A stretch of 63,963 nucleotides of DNA, the filler included, from Thelocarpon superellum (taxonomy: Eukaryota): NCBI GenBank assembly GCA_026025795.1. It is 9 parts of 9 records of this genome, joined end to end, with 100 filler letters (N's around TTAATTAATTAA, not from the genome) between each part and the next. Parts side by side here need not be neighbours in the genome. Positions count along the whole stretch, not along the records: positions 1 to 7,325 come from JAPEUG010000638.1; positions 7,426 to 14,728 come from JAPEUG010000639.1; 7 more parts are not named here. One strand, given 5' to 3'. A program made the translations under genes and the position numbers. The notes beneath the pieces were generated by a model. It made no database searches, was not told where the DNA came from, and worked only from the letters and a program-made list of their open reading frames with translations. Shown here one piece after another: positions 1 through 11,430 of the stretch; the stretch's first letter is position 1, and each line of letters opens with the position of its first letter.

Positions 1-656
1 ATGTTCCGTAGCATCGCCAGCATCTCTGCCGTATGTCCGCCAGAACCTAACACGACGAGCAGACGAGTGGCAGTTCCCCGCTTTCGGGGCGATGGACGGG
101 TGGGATTGAAGGGAGGTAAGATGTACAAGAGGCGGAGCTACAGTAACCGGTTATTAGGACAGTAAATGACTGGCGGTGAGGTGTCCTTTTATCCTTACAA
201 ACGCAGTGGTGAGAATGATGAGGGCCGCAGCCAGGAGGAGCGGGAGCATGCTCATCATGGTCGAGGCTACGAACGTGCAGGTGGCGTGTATGAAGGTGTG
301 ATTGTAGACTTCACAAATGGAAGCACCTTCTTTGACGACCTGCCTCGGCAGACCATTGTCCATCCATATGGAGGCAGTAGTGAGCAGTGGGTGGTGTCGC
401 TCGACCAAGATGAAGCACTGTTGTCGCGAGTGGAATGGAAATGTCGCCGGTAAGAGCCGAGGGCGACGTTAAAGGTCGCTTTCGCCCTCCGGATCACAAC
501 TCTTTAGCCAAGGAGCTCGGAACGGAGACCATTTCTAAACTGAAGACCTACGCTGGACTTTCGTCTCCTGTCAGAACAATGAAAAGGGAGTCACGGCTAA
601 ATTGCGGAGGATATGAGTGACACGACACGGATCAGTGCTCCGTTAAGAGAGCTAGA

Positions 657-1784
657 TTACAGCGTCACCACCAACTTCGTCGCAGAGACGCCCTTCTTCT
701 GGCGATCAAAGGCAGCCTGAATCGACTCAAGACCTTCGCCCACAACCTGTGGCTCCGGAGCAGGTACGTACGCGGCCTCTGCGAGGGCCTTGGGGAGGAA
801 GTCCTTGAACATGGCCGGGCCGACTTCGTTGAAGATGACGGTGCCCCCCCAGATAAACTGAGACCGAATCCCCCGCAGCTTGGTGGTGATTGTATGTCTC
901 ACCATCCACGAGACAAAGTAGAGGACGGTCCGGGGTAAGACAAGCGACTGTGGCGGCGGCTGGAGCGATGGATAGGTCGCCATGGAGATGACTTTGTCGC
1001 CCTTGCATCTGTGCACAATGTCCCGGCAGGCCTCGGCCGCCCCAGGGCCCATGGTGAGTGCTCCCGCAATGGTCTGGCCCTGAAGCGCCGCAATCATGTC
1101 GCTGACCACCGTCTTGCTCCTGTAGTCAAACGCTTGACTGGCGCCGAGTTTCTTGACTAGGTCGAAGTTCTTCGGTGAAGCCGTCGTCACCACCTGATAG
1201 CCCGCGGCGACGGCGAGTTGAATGGCGTTGCAGCCGACGCTGGTGGCACCACCCCACACGATCAGGGTTTTGCCGATGGAGGAAGGAGCACGGGCCGGCA
1301 CGGTGGGCAGCTCAAGAGCTAGCTGGTCTTTCTGAAACAGGCCGCTGGCTGCAGTAGACAGTCCGAGTGGGATGACCACAGCATTTTCGTAGGATATCGC
1401 GTCGGGGATGGGAGCGACCATGTGGTCGAGGAGGACGGTGTAGTTCTGGAATCCGCTCTGGACGGAAGTGTTGATCTTCTCCTCCATGCCAACCGACAGG
1501 CCAACGACTCGATCACCTGCCTTGAAGCGGGTGACGGCGCTGCCTGCTTCCACGACCTCACCGGCGACGTCATAGCCCAGGACGAACGGGTACTTGATCC
1601 ATCCGTACAGGAATTCGCCAATGTCCTGCTTTATCCAATCGACGGGATTGACGGCGACGACGGCATTCTTGACGACAATCTGGTGCGCGCTTGGCGACGT
1701 ATAGGGCGCAGATCTGACCTCGAGAGGGTGGACTTTGGAGCCCGTCAGGAAGGCTGCGAAGTTTGAGGGCTTTACGGAAGGCAT
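657..1784 (-). CDS. Zinc-binding alcohol dehydrogenase / enoyl-reductase-like oxidoreductase (CipB-like MDR family)
   Basis: Intronless ORF from the ATG at 1784 (MPSVKPSN). Motifs AVNPVDW, YPFVLGYDVAGEV, WGGATSVGCNAIQLA and FDY; C-terminal GVSATKLVV. Confidence 0.9.
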   Translation of the reverse strand: MPSVKPSNFAAFLTGSKVHPLEVRSAPYTSPSAHQIVVKNAVVAVNPVDWIKQDIGEFLYGWIKYPFVLGYDVAGEVVEAGSAVTRFKAGDRVVGLSVGMEEKINTSVQSGFQNYTVLLDHMVAPIPDAISYENAVVIPLGLSTAASGLFQKDQLALELPTVPARAPSSIGKTLIVWGGATSVGCNAIQLAVAAGYQVVTTASPKNFDLVKKLGASQAFDYRSKTVVSDMIAALQGQTIAGALTMGPGAAEACRDIVHRCKGDKVISMATYPSLQPPPQSLVLPRTVLYFVSWMVRHTITTKLRGIRSQFIWGGTVIFNEVGPAMFKDFLPKALAEAAYVPAPEPQVVGEGLESIQAAFDRQKKGVSATKLVVTL

Positions 1785-2619
1785 CAGGAGAGGTAGGATG
1801 ATCAGGGTGGAGCAGCAAGCCACGGGAACGAGCTCGGGGAGCAAGCAGCAGCCGGACAGACGAGTTAGGGGCTCAATGGAAAGAAGCAGAGGATACTGTT
1901 TAGATCGAATGTGGACAGCGGCCCTGGGAGATGAAATGCATGGGTATATATTCTTCGCATTTGCTGCCCGTCGGCCGTCTCCATCCTCCGATTCTGACGG
2001 CGGCTATGGTAGGCGGGGCAAAGACAGGCCGATGGAGCCGGAGAAACTGACCTCCGTACGCCGACCATATCGATCAGATTGCTCGTTCTGCATAGAACAC
2101 ATATTGAGAGATCACTCACACCTGCGTAGGGAGTGGCCCCAACAGTAGCCGCTCCGTCTGGTGTCATAGTATGAGAGTGATGCAGGAGTATTCTGTTTAC
2201 GGGACTACGGGGACTTTGCTGCTCCGTAGCGCCATCAGATACGGAGGGGTGATTGCTCCGCGGCCGCATTAGCTCGCTAGCTCAAATCGACGGAGCGCGG
2301 AGGAGTCATTATTCCGTAGCCCTGTTACCGGACACCTCACGTGATTTTGGTGTCGTTCTCTTGCCGCCCGTCCAGCTCGCACTCAAGCCGTCTAGGCTGA
2401 GAATGAAGTAGAGGCAGTCGTGCTGAGCTTTCCAAGCAGACAGTACAACGGTATTGTTAAACAAGAACAGGATGTTCCATTCGTTCATGTGCTCGTTAGT
2501 GGTGAGGCGCGGTCGCTTGGCGGTCAGGTCTGAAGCTCGGCAGAGAGCACAGCGAGTAGGAACGGGCACCTCAAGTTTTTTGAATCCAGACTCTATGACA
2601 TAGTCGCCGCATCGGCACC

Positions 2620-5147
2620 ATGCCGTCCATCCTGCGGACGAGGCTGGTATGCTTCTACTGTGGTAGTAAATCAGCGCGACCGAGGGATCCCCAGGTACGA
2701 CAGTGGGCGTGCGAAAAGTGCGAGGCTGTGAATTACCTGGACGAGGTTCGGCATTGTTGTTGACACCGGTCTCATGGGCGAATGCTGATCGGTCTGGACT
2801 TAGCACGGGGAAATCACCGACCCTCCAACTGTGGAAGCGTCGGCAGCCGTCCAGTACGCTGTACCGGTACCTCGATCCAGGTCTCCCGTCTCCTTTCACA
2901 ACGATGAAACCCTCTTTTGTCCTACCTGCCTCAAGAATCAACATCTCCTCACTCAATCCCTCGCAGCATATCTCCCGCCGCCGAATCATCCAGACTATGC
3001 CCTCTATGAGGCCTCATATCCATCGTATCGCGCGAGTCTCGAAGAACGATATCCACAGGTATGCATCGACTGCGAACCAAGAGTCCGGGCGAGGATTCGG
3101 GCGGCGGGTTACGTTGCCAAGACGGACCATCTCCGTCGGATGATGGAACGGACTCGACGCACGGATGGACGGCGGGGCTGGATGATCAGGTCCTGGCAAG
3201 AAGTGGTTGTCCTGTTAGGAGGTCTGTCCTGGTGGTGTAGCGTCCTCAGTCAGCTCCTGGCCAGCTCCATCGCCATCGCCACACCATATACTCCGGACGA
3301 CGCCTTGGTCGCAGAGGACGTGTCACTGGTGCGATGCGTTAGCCAGTGCGTCTTCGACCATGAAGCGGACGCCGATTGTTTCTCGCTTGCAAATTCCATC
3401 GTTGCGCGGTCCCTCGTTGCTGGACTCATGGGATTCTGGTGGAACCCATGTCTGATGCAGAAGGTGCGGGGCTCGGGAGGTCGGATGGTGGGACTACGAG
3501 ATTTCTACGCTCTACAGCTCGTGGTCCTTGCATTCAGGGGCTTGGCCGCGTGGACCTCTTGGACTCACGGTCTGCTTGGGTTGGAGCCAGCAGCGGTCCG
3601 AGGCGTACATGCGTTCATGCTGGTATTTGTCGGTTTGGTATGTCGTTACATGCTCTCCGACTTTTTTCCACGCGGGAAGCTACTGATGAATCTAGACCAC
3701 CTTGACATCTCTTCGGACTGTCTCGATCAATCACAATCCTCGAATATCCTTCAACCAGGATATTCAGCCTCTCAAAGCAGGACCCTCGACGCATCGACCC
3801 GGCGCCACAGAGACATTTCTCAGTCCACCATCCTCCCAGCGAGACTCTCGCTCCGCCCTGTCTCGTAACAGCTCTGAGTTCTCCGGCCAAAGACAGCAGA
3901 GAACCCTCAACCCACCGACACCTCCATCGGACGATGCAGACTCGGACGCAATGGACTGGACACCCACACAAGCAGCCTTCAATCCGACACCTCAGATCCC
4001 CGCAACCAGTCTCCAACCCGCCCTCCCAACGTCCTCCTTCGCCTCCTTTCAACGCCTCCCCCCAGCCCCCAAAAGCCAAGCAGCGAAACTCCGCAACCCG
4101 CCCTCGACCGTCCCTTTCTTCAAGTCCAGCTCGCCAGACGACAGGAACTTGTCGTTTTTCCACAATATGGCGGACGGTGCCTCACCGAGCAAATCGGCAT
4201 TATCAGACATGTTAGGGTCACAGACGACGGCTGAGATGGCCCCGCCGAGATTCTTTCCTCCGTCTGATCTTCGCTCTGATACGGGACTCGAGGGATTATT
4301 CGATGCCGCATTTTCGTTGAAGGATGAACCGACAGAGGTGCAAGTCGTGCGAGAACATGGGCAGGCCTCATCTGCCTCTTCTCTCTCCGCACGGCCCCCG
4401 TCGTATCCCCGTGCCACGGGTACTACGACGACGAACAAATTGCCCCACCTGGTAACAGCCCTCCTCCAAATGGCAGCTCTCATAGCTTGGACGAGTGCGA
4501 ACCTCAATACCCACAGCGACACTACCACGGATTCTTCTCTCCCTCACCCCGCGCATCTCCGTCTCGCCGCGCTGACAATCAGCGGACTGACATGCGGCAC
4601 CTCCCTACTCAGCCACGTCTTCACGTCAACGCGAACCACGACCGTATCAGCGCGACTCACTGTCCTATTACACGCAACTGAGCTCCTCGTCGCTCTTTCC
4701 CTCGCCTCGGTCCTGTATCTGTCGATATCCCTCTCTTTCCTACCCCCTTCTTCATCATCAGCGTCAGCATCTGAATACACGTCCATAGCGACGACAGACA
4801 AACAAGTCCTGGCGGATGCCGAGGCCCATGCCCATGCCCATACCCTGGCCCGAACACAATGGCAAACGCAGCTCAAGAGCTGGACAGAGGGCGATGAGCG
4901 TGCACCAATCGACATACTAGGTCTAGCCCTGCTGGGCGCGCTGTTGGTCCAGGCTGTGTGGGGCATTGTTTCGTCTTCGTCTTCTTCCTCTCCACCTTCA
5001 CGCTTAGTGGCCTCTCGACCTGCGCCTTCTGCGTCTGCAACCCCTCCTCGCTTTATGTCGTCGTCGTCGGCGGCGGCCCCGACCCCGCATGAACCCGAAG
5101 GAGAGACGAGAAGGAGAAGAGACGGGAGGAGGAAAGGGGAGAGGTAG
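2620..5147 (+). CDS. IMA1: Integral inner nuclear membrane protein Ima1 (Samp1/NET5 family)
   Basis: ATG 2620 gives MPSILRTRLVCFYCG..CEKCEAVNYLDE. Intron 2746-2803 (GTTCGG..TAG) is followed by FCPTCLKNQHL..LEERYPQVCIDCEPRV, the Ima1 N-terminal Cys pattern, then TM helices. Intron 3638-3695 joins to the 3702-5147 frame. Confidence 0.85.
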
Positions 5148-5949
5148 AGGTGGGAGGACGGCATATGTACATCCTTCTCTGCAGAGGAGACGGCAAGATA
5201 TTTTGGCTTGCGGGGACATTCATGGTCATAGGTGTAATTAGATATATTAACAATACAACTGTTGAAGCTGTTCAAGCGATTGAGTTGGTTGGAGGAATGA
5301 CGTGTGTGAGGCCGGGAGCTCCACGCCTCGCCGCGAGGATAGGAGAGGTCACGTGATATGGCACGTGATCTAGCACGCTGGATATAAACCGAGTCCCGCT
5401 GCGAGCTAGCAGAGCCCCAGCGTTCAACTCGAGTAACACGAGGAGGCTAGTCATAGGTCTATGAGCCCTAGGAGCCACAGAGTCAACTCCTATTGACGAC
5501 GTCTACTGTTTCCGCCTAGCTGTATGCCTCGTCGTCACAACGTGCTTCAAGCGAGCTCGAGCTGGAACCTGAAGCGCTCGGCAATGGCTTGGGGGCCGGT
5601 GAACAAGCGCCAGCGTTCTTGATCTTCTCCAGGTCACCGCGCTGGCGTGCACCTCAACCGGCCTAGGTGATCAAGGCAGCCTTGCGGGTTCAGACGTGGT
5701 GTGAGAGGTTTGGGACTACCAATCTAGTCAACCATGTACCCTGCACTCGTACGCCTTGTGGCTGGCAAGGCTGATTGGACGTCGAGCCTTGTCTGGAAGC
5801 ATCGACAGCCCGCTCGTGCCGCCCGCTCAACCTCTTTCTGCAGGTCGTTGAAACGTCACGGAGCGCCGATGCTCTCACTGGTCAAGAGCGTCAGCCTGGC
5901 CCGGCCTCTTATCATCCGACCGCGGCCAGCAGTAACGCTACATCTTCCC

Positions 5950-6780
5950 TTTGATCTTGCTCCTTGACGCCTCCAGGTGGCTCCAACTTTTGACATCCCC
6001 AAACATGACAGACCCCGTCCGAGCTCTTGTTGATGTGCTGTCCGGGGGCTCGGCCGTGTGTACGAATCTGGTCGTGGCCCAATGCTGTCTTGCTTATCTT
6101 GTCTTCCTCACCAACGCCACTCCCTGGGGGCAACGCATAAGCGACAAGCGCAAGTACCCGCTTGCGAAGTATGCCGCGGAACATTGGACCAGCCATACTC
6201 GGCACAGCGCGGTCCATCCTGAGATTGATCTCCATTAGTCTCGCGCGATGGTACTACTGGGCAAAGATCGCTTTCTCAAGACCTGGATCAGTCTCTTCGA
6301 TCCGGAGAGGAACTGGGAGGCTTTGCAGCGCCGGGAGGAGAGCTCGGGCTTCTTTACGCGGCAGCGACCGGTTTGAGTAATATTGTGAGAAAACTTCCAA
6401 AGACGGCTCATGACATCAACTTCCGGAGCAAAGGCGGGGTCACAACTCTAGAAGCAAGTGCCCGAGGTGGTCATAGCGACGTGGTGGAGCAGCTGCTGAG
6501 CGCAGGGGCCGCTCAATTCTCCGCGGGGGGGGATGTTTTCGGGAACTGCACTACAAGAAGCTGCCCAGCGTGGTTATGGCGACGTAGTGGAGCAGCTGCT
6601 GAGCGCGGGAGCCGAGCCCATACCCACAGATATCGGGACATGAGGCGAGCAGCAGCACTCGATGAGAGACAAAGGGAGGTTTTCCTCCCCCTCCTCCTGG
6701 AGCAGGCCGAGCCCGAGCTCGAAACACTCACGCCTACGAGTATGAGAACAAGGTCAACAAAGCGAACAAGAATGTAAACG
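5950..6780 (+). pseudogene. Decayed NACHT/ankyrin (NLR-like) gene fragment
   Basis: AQCCLAYL..YPLAKYAAEHWTSH resembles the post-NACHT helical region. INFRSKGGVTTLEASARGGHSDVVEQLLSAGA is an ankyrin repeat, in a different frame. The pieces are separated by stops and frameshifts, and no NTPase domain is seen. Confidence 0.65.
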
Positions 6781-6939
6781 AGAGCCCGGACCAGGACGCG
6801 GACCAGAACGAAACCAGCGCGGAGGGAGGGTCCCAGCATACCCAGACGGTTAGAGCGGCAACGTCCAGGCGAGGCGAGGGCGAAGGGTCTCGTAGAAATT
6901 TACACGTTCTTACTGCCCATCTAATCTATATTGTCCTCA

Positions 6940-7276
6940 TCATTCCGCGGCTCTGTCAATCATCGCTTCCCGTCCAGGCCCCGTGCCGATAAAACGCACC
7001 GGTACGCCGACGAAATCTTCGATGAATTTGACGTATTCTTGCGCGCGCACGGGAAGATCCGCAAACCGTTTCGCGCCGGTAGTAGATGTGTTCCAGCCTG
7101 GAAGGGTGGCGTAGTTGACCGTAGCTTGTGAGAGGAGCGGAAGAGACGCAGGGAAGGATTCTAGTGGCTGGGATGCGCCGGAAGATGACGGTGGGGCCGA
7201 CGCGGGACCGGTATAGCTTGTGGCGATGCGCAGCTCAGAAAAGGTATCGAGGATGTCGAGCTTGGTGAGATTGAGT
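6940..7276 (-). CDS. ADE12: Adenylosuccinate synthetase, last exon (5' part cut off by contig end)
   Basis: LNLTKLDILD..LPGW..LPVRAQEYVKFIE..VPVRFIGTGPGRE matches the AdSS C-terminus. It is preceded by a GCTGAT branch site and a CAG acceptor at 7277-7279. Confidence 0.92.
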
Positions 7277-7325
7277 CTGGGCCGCACCAACGTCCTGATC
7301 AGCTTGTTCTACAGCAGACAAAGAA

Positions 7326-7425
7326 NNNNNNNNNNNNNNNNNNNNNNNNNNNNNNNNNNNNNNNNNNNNTTAATTAATTAANNNNNNNNNNNNNNNNNNN
7401 NNNNNNNNNNNNNNNNNNNNNNNNN
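7326..7425. other. Assembly spacer (100 nt of N with a TTAATTAATTAA linker). Identical spacers at 14729-14828, 22011-22110, 29280-29379, 36468-36567, 43631-43730, 50793-50892 and 57954-58053
   Basis: Seen directly; the linker has stop codons in all six frames. Confidence 0.98.
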
Positions 7426-7556
7426 CTGGAGCTGTGCTCGGTGCATGGGGGAGCCCCGAATAGCTCGGCTCAGTTACTAGGAGAGTCCTCGTCATGTGTT
7501 CTTGTGCTGATAATGACGGCCGTTAGTAGTCACGGCCTCGGGGGCGGCGTAGGCTA

Positions 7557-7883
7557 TAGTGCTGGTAAGGAATAAAAAACCAAGTTTTACGTAAGCGTTT
7601 TAAACGGGTTTAAAACCACCGCGAAAAGTAAAAAACCTCATACAAATATTTGCCATATAAAATATATGGGGAATATTTAATTCCACCTTAGCGGGCAAGA
7701 GACTGGCAGCTGTTCTTACAGGTAGGCTTCGTACCAGCTAACCCTGATAGAAAACTTACTAACCTAATACAGCTATATAGCACGTGACTACGGGTAAGTA
7801 TATTACCGCTAAAATGAGTAAATTACCACGCTAGTGGTTTAAAACAACCAGCCCGAGTAAATTACGGTTTTTTACCAGCCCTA
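7557..7883. mobile_element. Non-autonomous hAT-type MITE (327 bp)
   Basis: Left end TAGTGCTGGTAA pairs with right end TTACCAGCCCTA (reverse complement TAGGGCTGGTAA, 11/12 match). Flanking 8-bp direct repeats GTAGGCTA (7549-7556) and GTAGACTA (7884-7891). The interior is AT-rich with no ORF. Confidence 0.8.
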
Positions 7884-8624
7884 GTAGACTAGTGTCCACC
7901 AGTGTTCGGCGCGTAGGTTAGGTCATCATCACGCCAACTGCCAGATGTTACCGGACTAGGCTGCCTGACGCCCGGAGATTCGGCAGGCGTGCAGGACCAC
8001 GCCGACAGACGCCGGAAATAGTACGAATGCTGGATCATCTCCTGGACTAGATAATCAGCCTCAGGTTAGATGAAGAGCGTGTGACGGGTGACCTAGATAT
8101 GATACTTTGTAGAGGTACTCATGAGGCGCCTCATGGAGCTGTGATGTAAGTTGCGTAGCCGAGTCTTCTGTCGACGATCCACGATGCCGAGACGTTCGGA
8201 GAGTAAGACTGCACGGCCGGGTGTGGATGCATTCATCAACCATCATCATATGTGTATTCCTCGCTACCCTGCCTCTTGATCCGACCCAAGCTTTACTGTC
8301 CTGCTCCATCTCCGTAGGCGTCCATTGCCCAGCGCAATCGTCCATCTCGAACTTCGTGATGCCAGCCAGCACCACCTCATGAGGGGCAGCGATCCTTCTC
8401 ACCTCTCGTGACCGGCAGCCTCTTCGAGTAAAAGAAGACGTTTATACCTCTCAACGTGACGTAAGGTGCGCTCGATATGACGACGTTGGCCCCACAATCT
8501 TCGATGGCTGACATGTCCAGCAGGCGCGCGGACGAGAGCCACCAGAATCGATCGACTGATCCACATCCATCGACATCGCGTTAGCCCTCAGAACTTCCCG
8601 GATATTGAGCGGCTCCTTCCTGAG

Positions 8625-11166
8625 ATGCCGCCGCCCGCCAATCCCCGGAAGCGTGCTGCGCCCGGCACGTCTCCTGCCCAACCGGCACCGCCACAACCGC
8701 CACAACCGGCATCATCCATGGCCTTCTCTACCGCGTCCCCACAATTGACCAACGATCAATTTCTACGATGGGGCCAAGTCGGAGATGCGTCGATGCCCGC
8801 CGACGCGACCCTCGACGCAAGCGGGAACGTGTACGATATGGGATCGGCGGGCGTGGATGGTTCCTTCCAGACGCCCCTGGACCCGCAGGCATCGCAACCG
8901 GCCACGTCTACTCAGCTTGCCCGCCGTGGCGTCGGTCAGCAGCTGGTGGCCCGCGGCGCACGGGGCTTGCCGGGAGGGCCCGACGACCCCTGGGCGGACC
9001 TGAGCGACAACATGCAGCTGGACCTGCGCGGCAATGAGTACGAGAACGACGAGGAGGAATTGGAGCAGCGAGCCCAGATAGCGAAACGGGAGGCCTTGGC
9101 CAAGCGAAAGCAAATTCCACCCTTTGTTCAGAAATTGAGCAGGTTCGTCTCCGGCGGTACTCCGTGAGACGAAGAGATCTTATATCGTGACTGACGAGAG
9201 CGCGGATAGCTTCCTCGACGAATCCCGGAACACCGACCTGATCCGGTGGTCCGACGAAGGAGACTCGTTCATCGTCCTGGACGAGGATGAGTTTGCCAAA
9301 ACCTTGATCCCGGAGCTGTTCAAGCACAACAACTACGCGTCCTTTGTGCGGCAACTTAACATGTACGGCTTCCACAAGAAGGTGGGTCTCTCCGACAACT
9401 CGATGCGAGCGAGCGAACGCAAGAACAAGAGTCCCAGCGAGTACTTCAACCGCTACTTCCGCCGCGGACAGCCGGACTTATTGTGGCTCATCAACAAGCC
9501 CAAGAGCCTGAAGCCGTCGGGCGCGAATCCTGCCGAGGAGGTGCAGAGTCCGCAGCTCGAGAGCGGTCCAGCCGGACGTGGAGGGGTTAAGGCGGGGGTA
9601 AAGCGAGCAGGCCCTGGTGCCACGGAGGGTATCGGTAGTGGCGGGGAGGGGGCACATGGGAACGCGGTGCATTCGGACCAAGCGCTGGCCGATGTGAGAG
9701 AGCAGCTGCAAGCCATCCAGCAACAGCAACGGGTCATCTCCGGAGCCATCAACCGGCTACGCAAGGACCAGAGCCAGATCTACGAGCAGGCAGTGGCCTT
9801 TCAAACGCTGCACGATCGACATGAGAGCTCGATCAACGCCATCCTGACCTTCCTCGCCACGGTCTACAATCGCAGCCTGGAAGGGCACGGGGCACAAGAC
9901 TTTGCCAAGTCTTTCAGCAACGCGATTCCGCAAGACGCACAAGGCCCGAGGAACGTGGTCGATGTCGGCGATCTGGGAGGAGCGGACGTGAATGCGATGG
10001 CGCGGTACCGGCGCCCGCCCTTGCTGCTCGGAGCGCCACCGGCGGGGTCGGATGCCACGTCGCGTGTGCGCGTGGCGACGGAGTCTCCCTTGGGACCCAG
10101 TCCTATGCCCACTCCCCGTGCGTACGGAGATTCCACGTTCCGACCAGCGCAAGGCCAGGTCAGCACGGTGGAAGACGTCTCCGCTCCGTCTCCTCAAGTG
10201 ACGATGGACGGTGATGCACAAGATACGCCGCAACAGGATATCCTGTCGATGATCAACTCTGCCAATGCCAGCAGCAAGCAGAACGGACAACAAACTGGAC
10301 AGCTCGATTTTCCCGCGGCGCTGACGCATTACCAGAATGCCAACGGTAATTCGCCGCTCACGCCGAAGCAGCGCAACGATATGCTCAACATGATGGCACG
10401 AGACACCACGTCTAGCGATCCAAGCGGCAGCGAAGGCCAGAGCGCGAGCAACGCGCTCACCTCTCCCAACCCCACCCCGTCCTTCTTGGACCTGGCCCAG
10501 CTCAACGACCGAAACAAGGAGCTGGAACGACTGGTACGGATGCAAGCGGAGCAGAACGCCAACATGCAGAACCTGGCCAATCTGATCCAGCCGCTCAGTC
10601 CGTCGGGGCCGATCCCGGGACTTCCCGAGGGCGGCCTGTTCGACCCCAATCAAGGCCTGCTGGAGACGTCCAGCACGAGCGCGCTGGACCTCGACCAGAT
10701 CTTCAACAGCGGCGACTACTTCAACGCTGGCAGCGGCTCGGGCACCAACGCGGACGGCATGAACTTTGACGCCAACAATCTCGACGGAGAGCAGTTCGAC
10801 TTTGGCGACGACATGAACGACCCGACGTCGAGCATGTTTGGTCTGGACGGCAGCAACGACAAGGACGGCCTCTCGAGCAACAACCTGACTCTCGATCCAG
10901 CCTCGTCTTCCGGTGGAGGCGGCCGTATCATTGGCCAGGTGACCAGCAGCGAGGACGCGAGCCCAGCCAACACCAACACTGCGGACGACGAGGGATGGAG
11001 TGGGATGGGCATCAAACGGGAGGATGACGGAGAGGGGGAGGATGGTCGTGGTGAGGGGACCGACCAGGGGACCGGAGAGCAGGGAGAGGAGCAGGAATCA
11101 GAGGCAGTGAGGGGAGGCATCGCGTCCCCAACGAAACGGCGACGAAAAGGGGCCCGTGGTGATTAG
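8625..11166 (+). CDS. HSF1: Heat shock transcription factor (HSF DNA-binding domain)
   Basis: KQIPPFVQKLS / intron 9143-9209 / FLDESRNTDLIRWS..FKHNNYASFVRQLNMYGFHK, followed by a coiled-coil HR-A/B region. No receiver domain, so not Skn7. Confidence 0.9.
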
Positions 11167-11430
11167 ATGACCAGGGGGGGGGAACGACGTGAAGAAATCA
11201 TGAGCTTCGCAGATGGGAAGGACGTGAAGGCAGACCCGAGGAGTATTTGGAGAAGAAAGCGACTTGTCACTTTCAGCTGTTTCTCTCGTTCTTCTTTCTC
11301 TCTTTGACATTCGACGCAGAAGCGTCATGACATGACATGGTCATAATGGGCATTATACGGCAGGCGGGGACGACACGGGACAAGGAACGAAGGAAATGAG
11401 ATTGATCAATCGAATCATACGATAACCCTA

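Noticed and set aside
1..620. Short ORFs 166-453 and 435-620 with nearby splice-like signals
   Set aside because: No recognisable motif, and I could not build a consistent spliced model at the window edge.
5347..5370. Twin CACGTG E-boxes (others near 13395, 18608, 19895, 26159 and 43393)
   Set aside because: A common bHLH/Cbf1-type motif; no specific target or function can be assigned from sequence.
7370..7381. Recurring TTAATTAATTAA at near-regular spacing (possible repeat array or CRISPR-like structure)
   Set aside because: It is always centred in N runs and is an artificial six-frame-stop linker.
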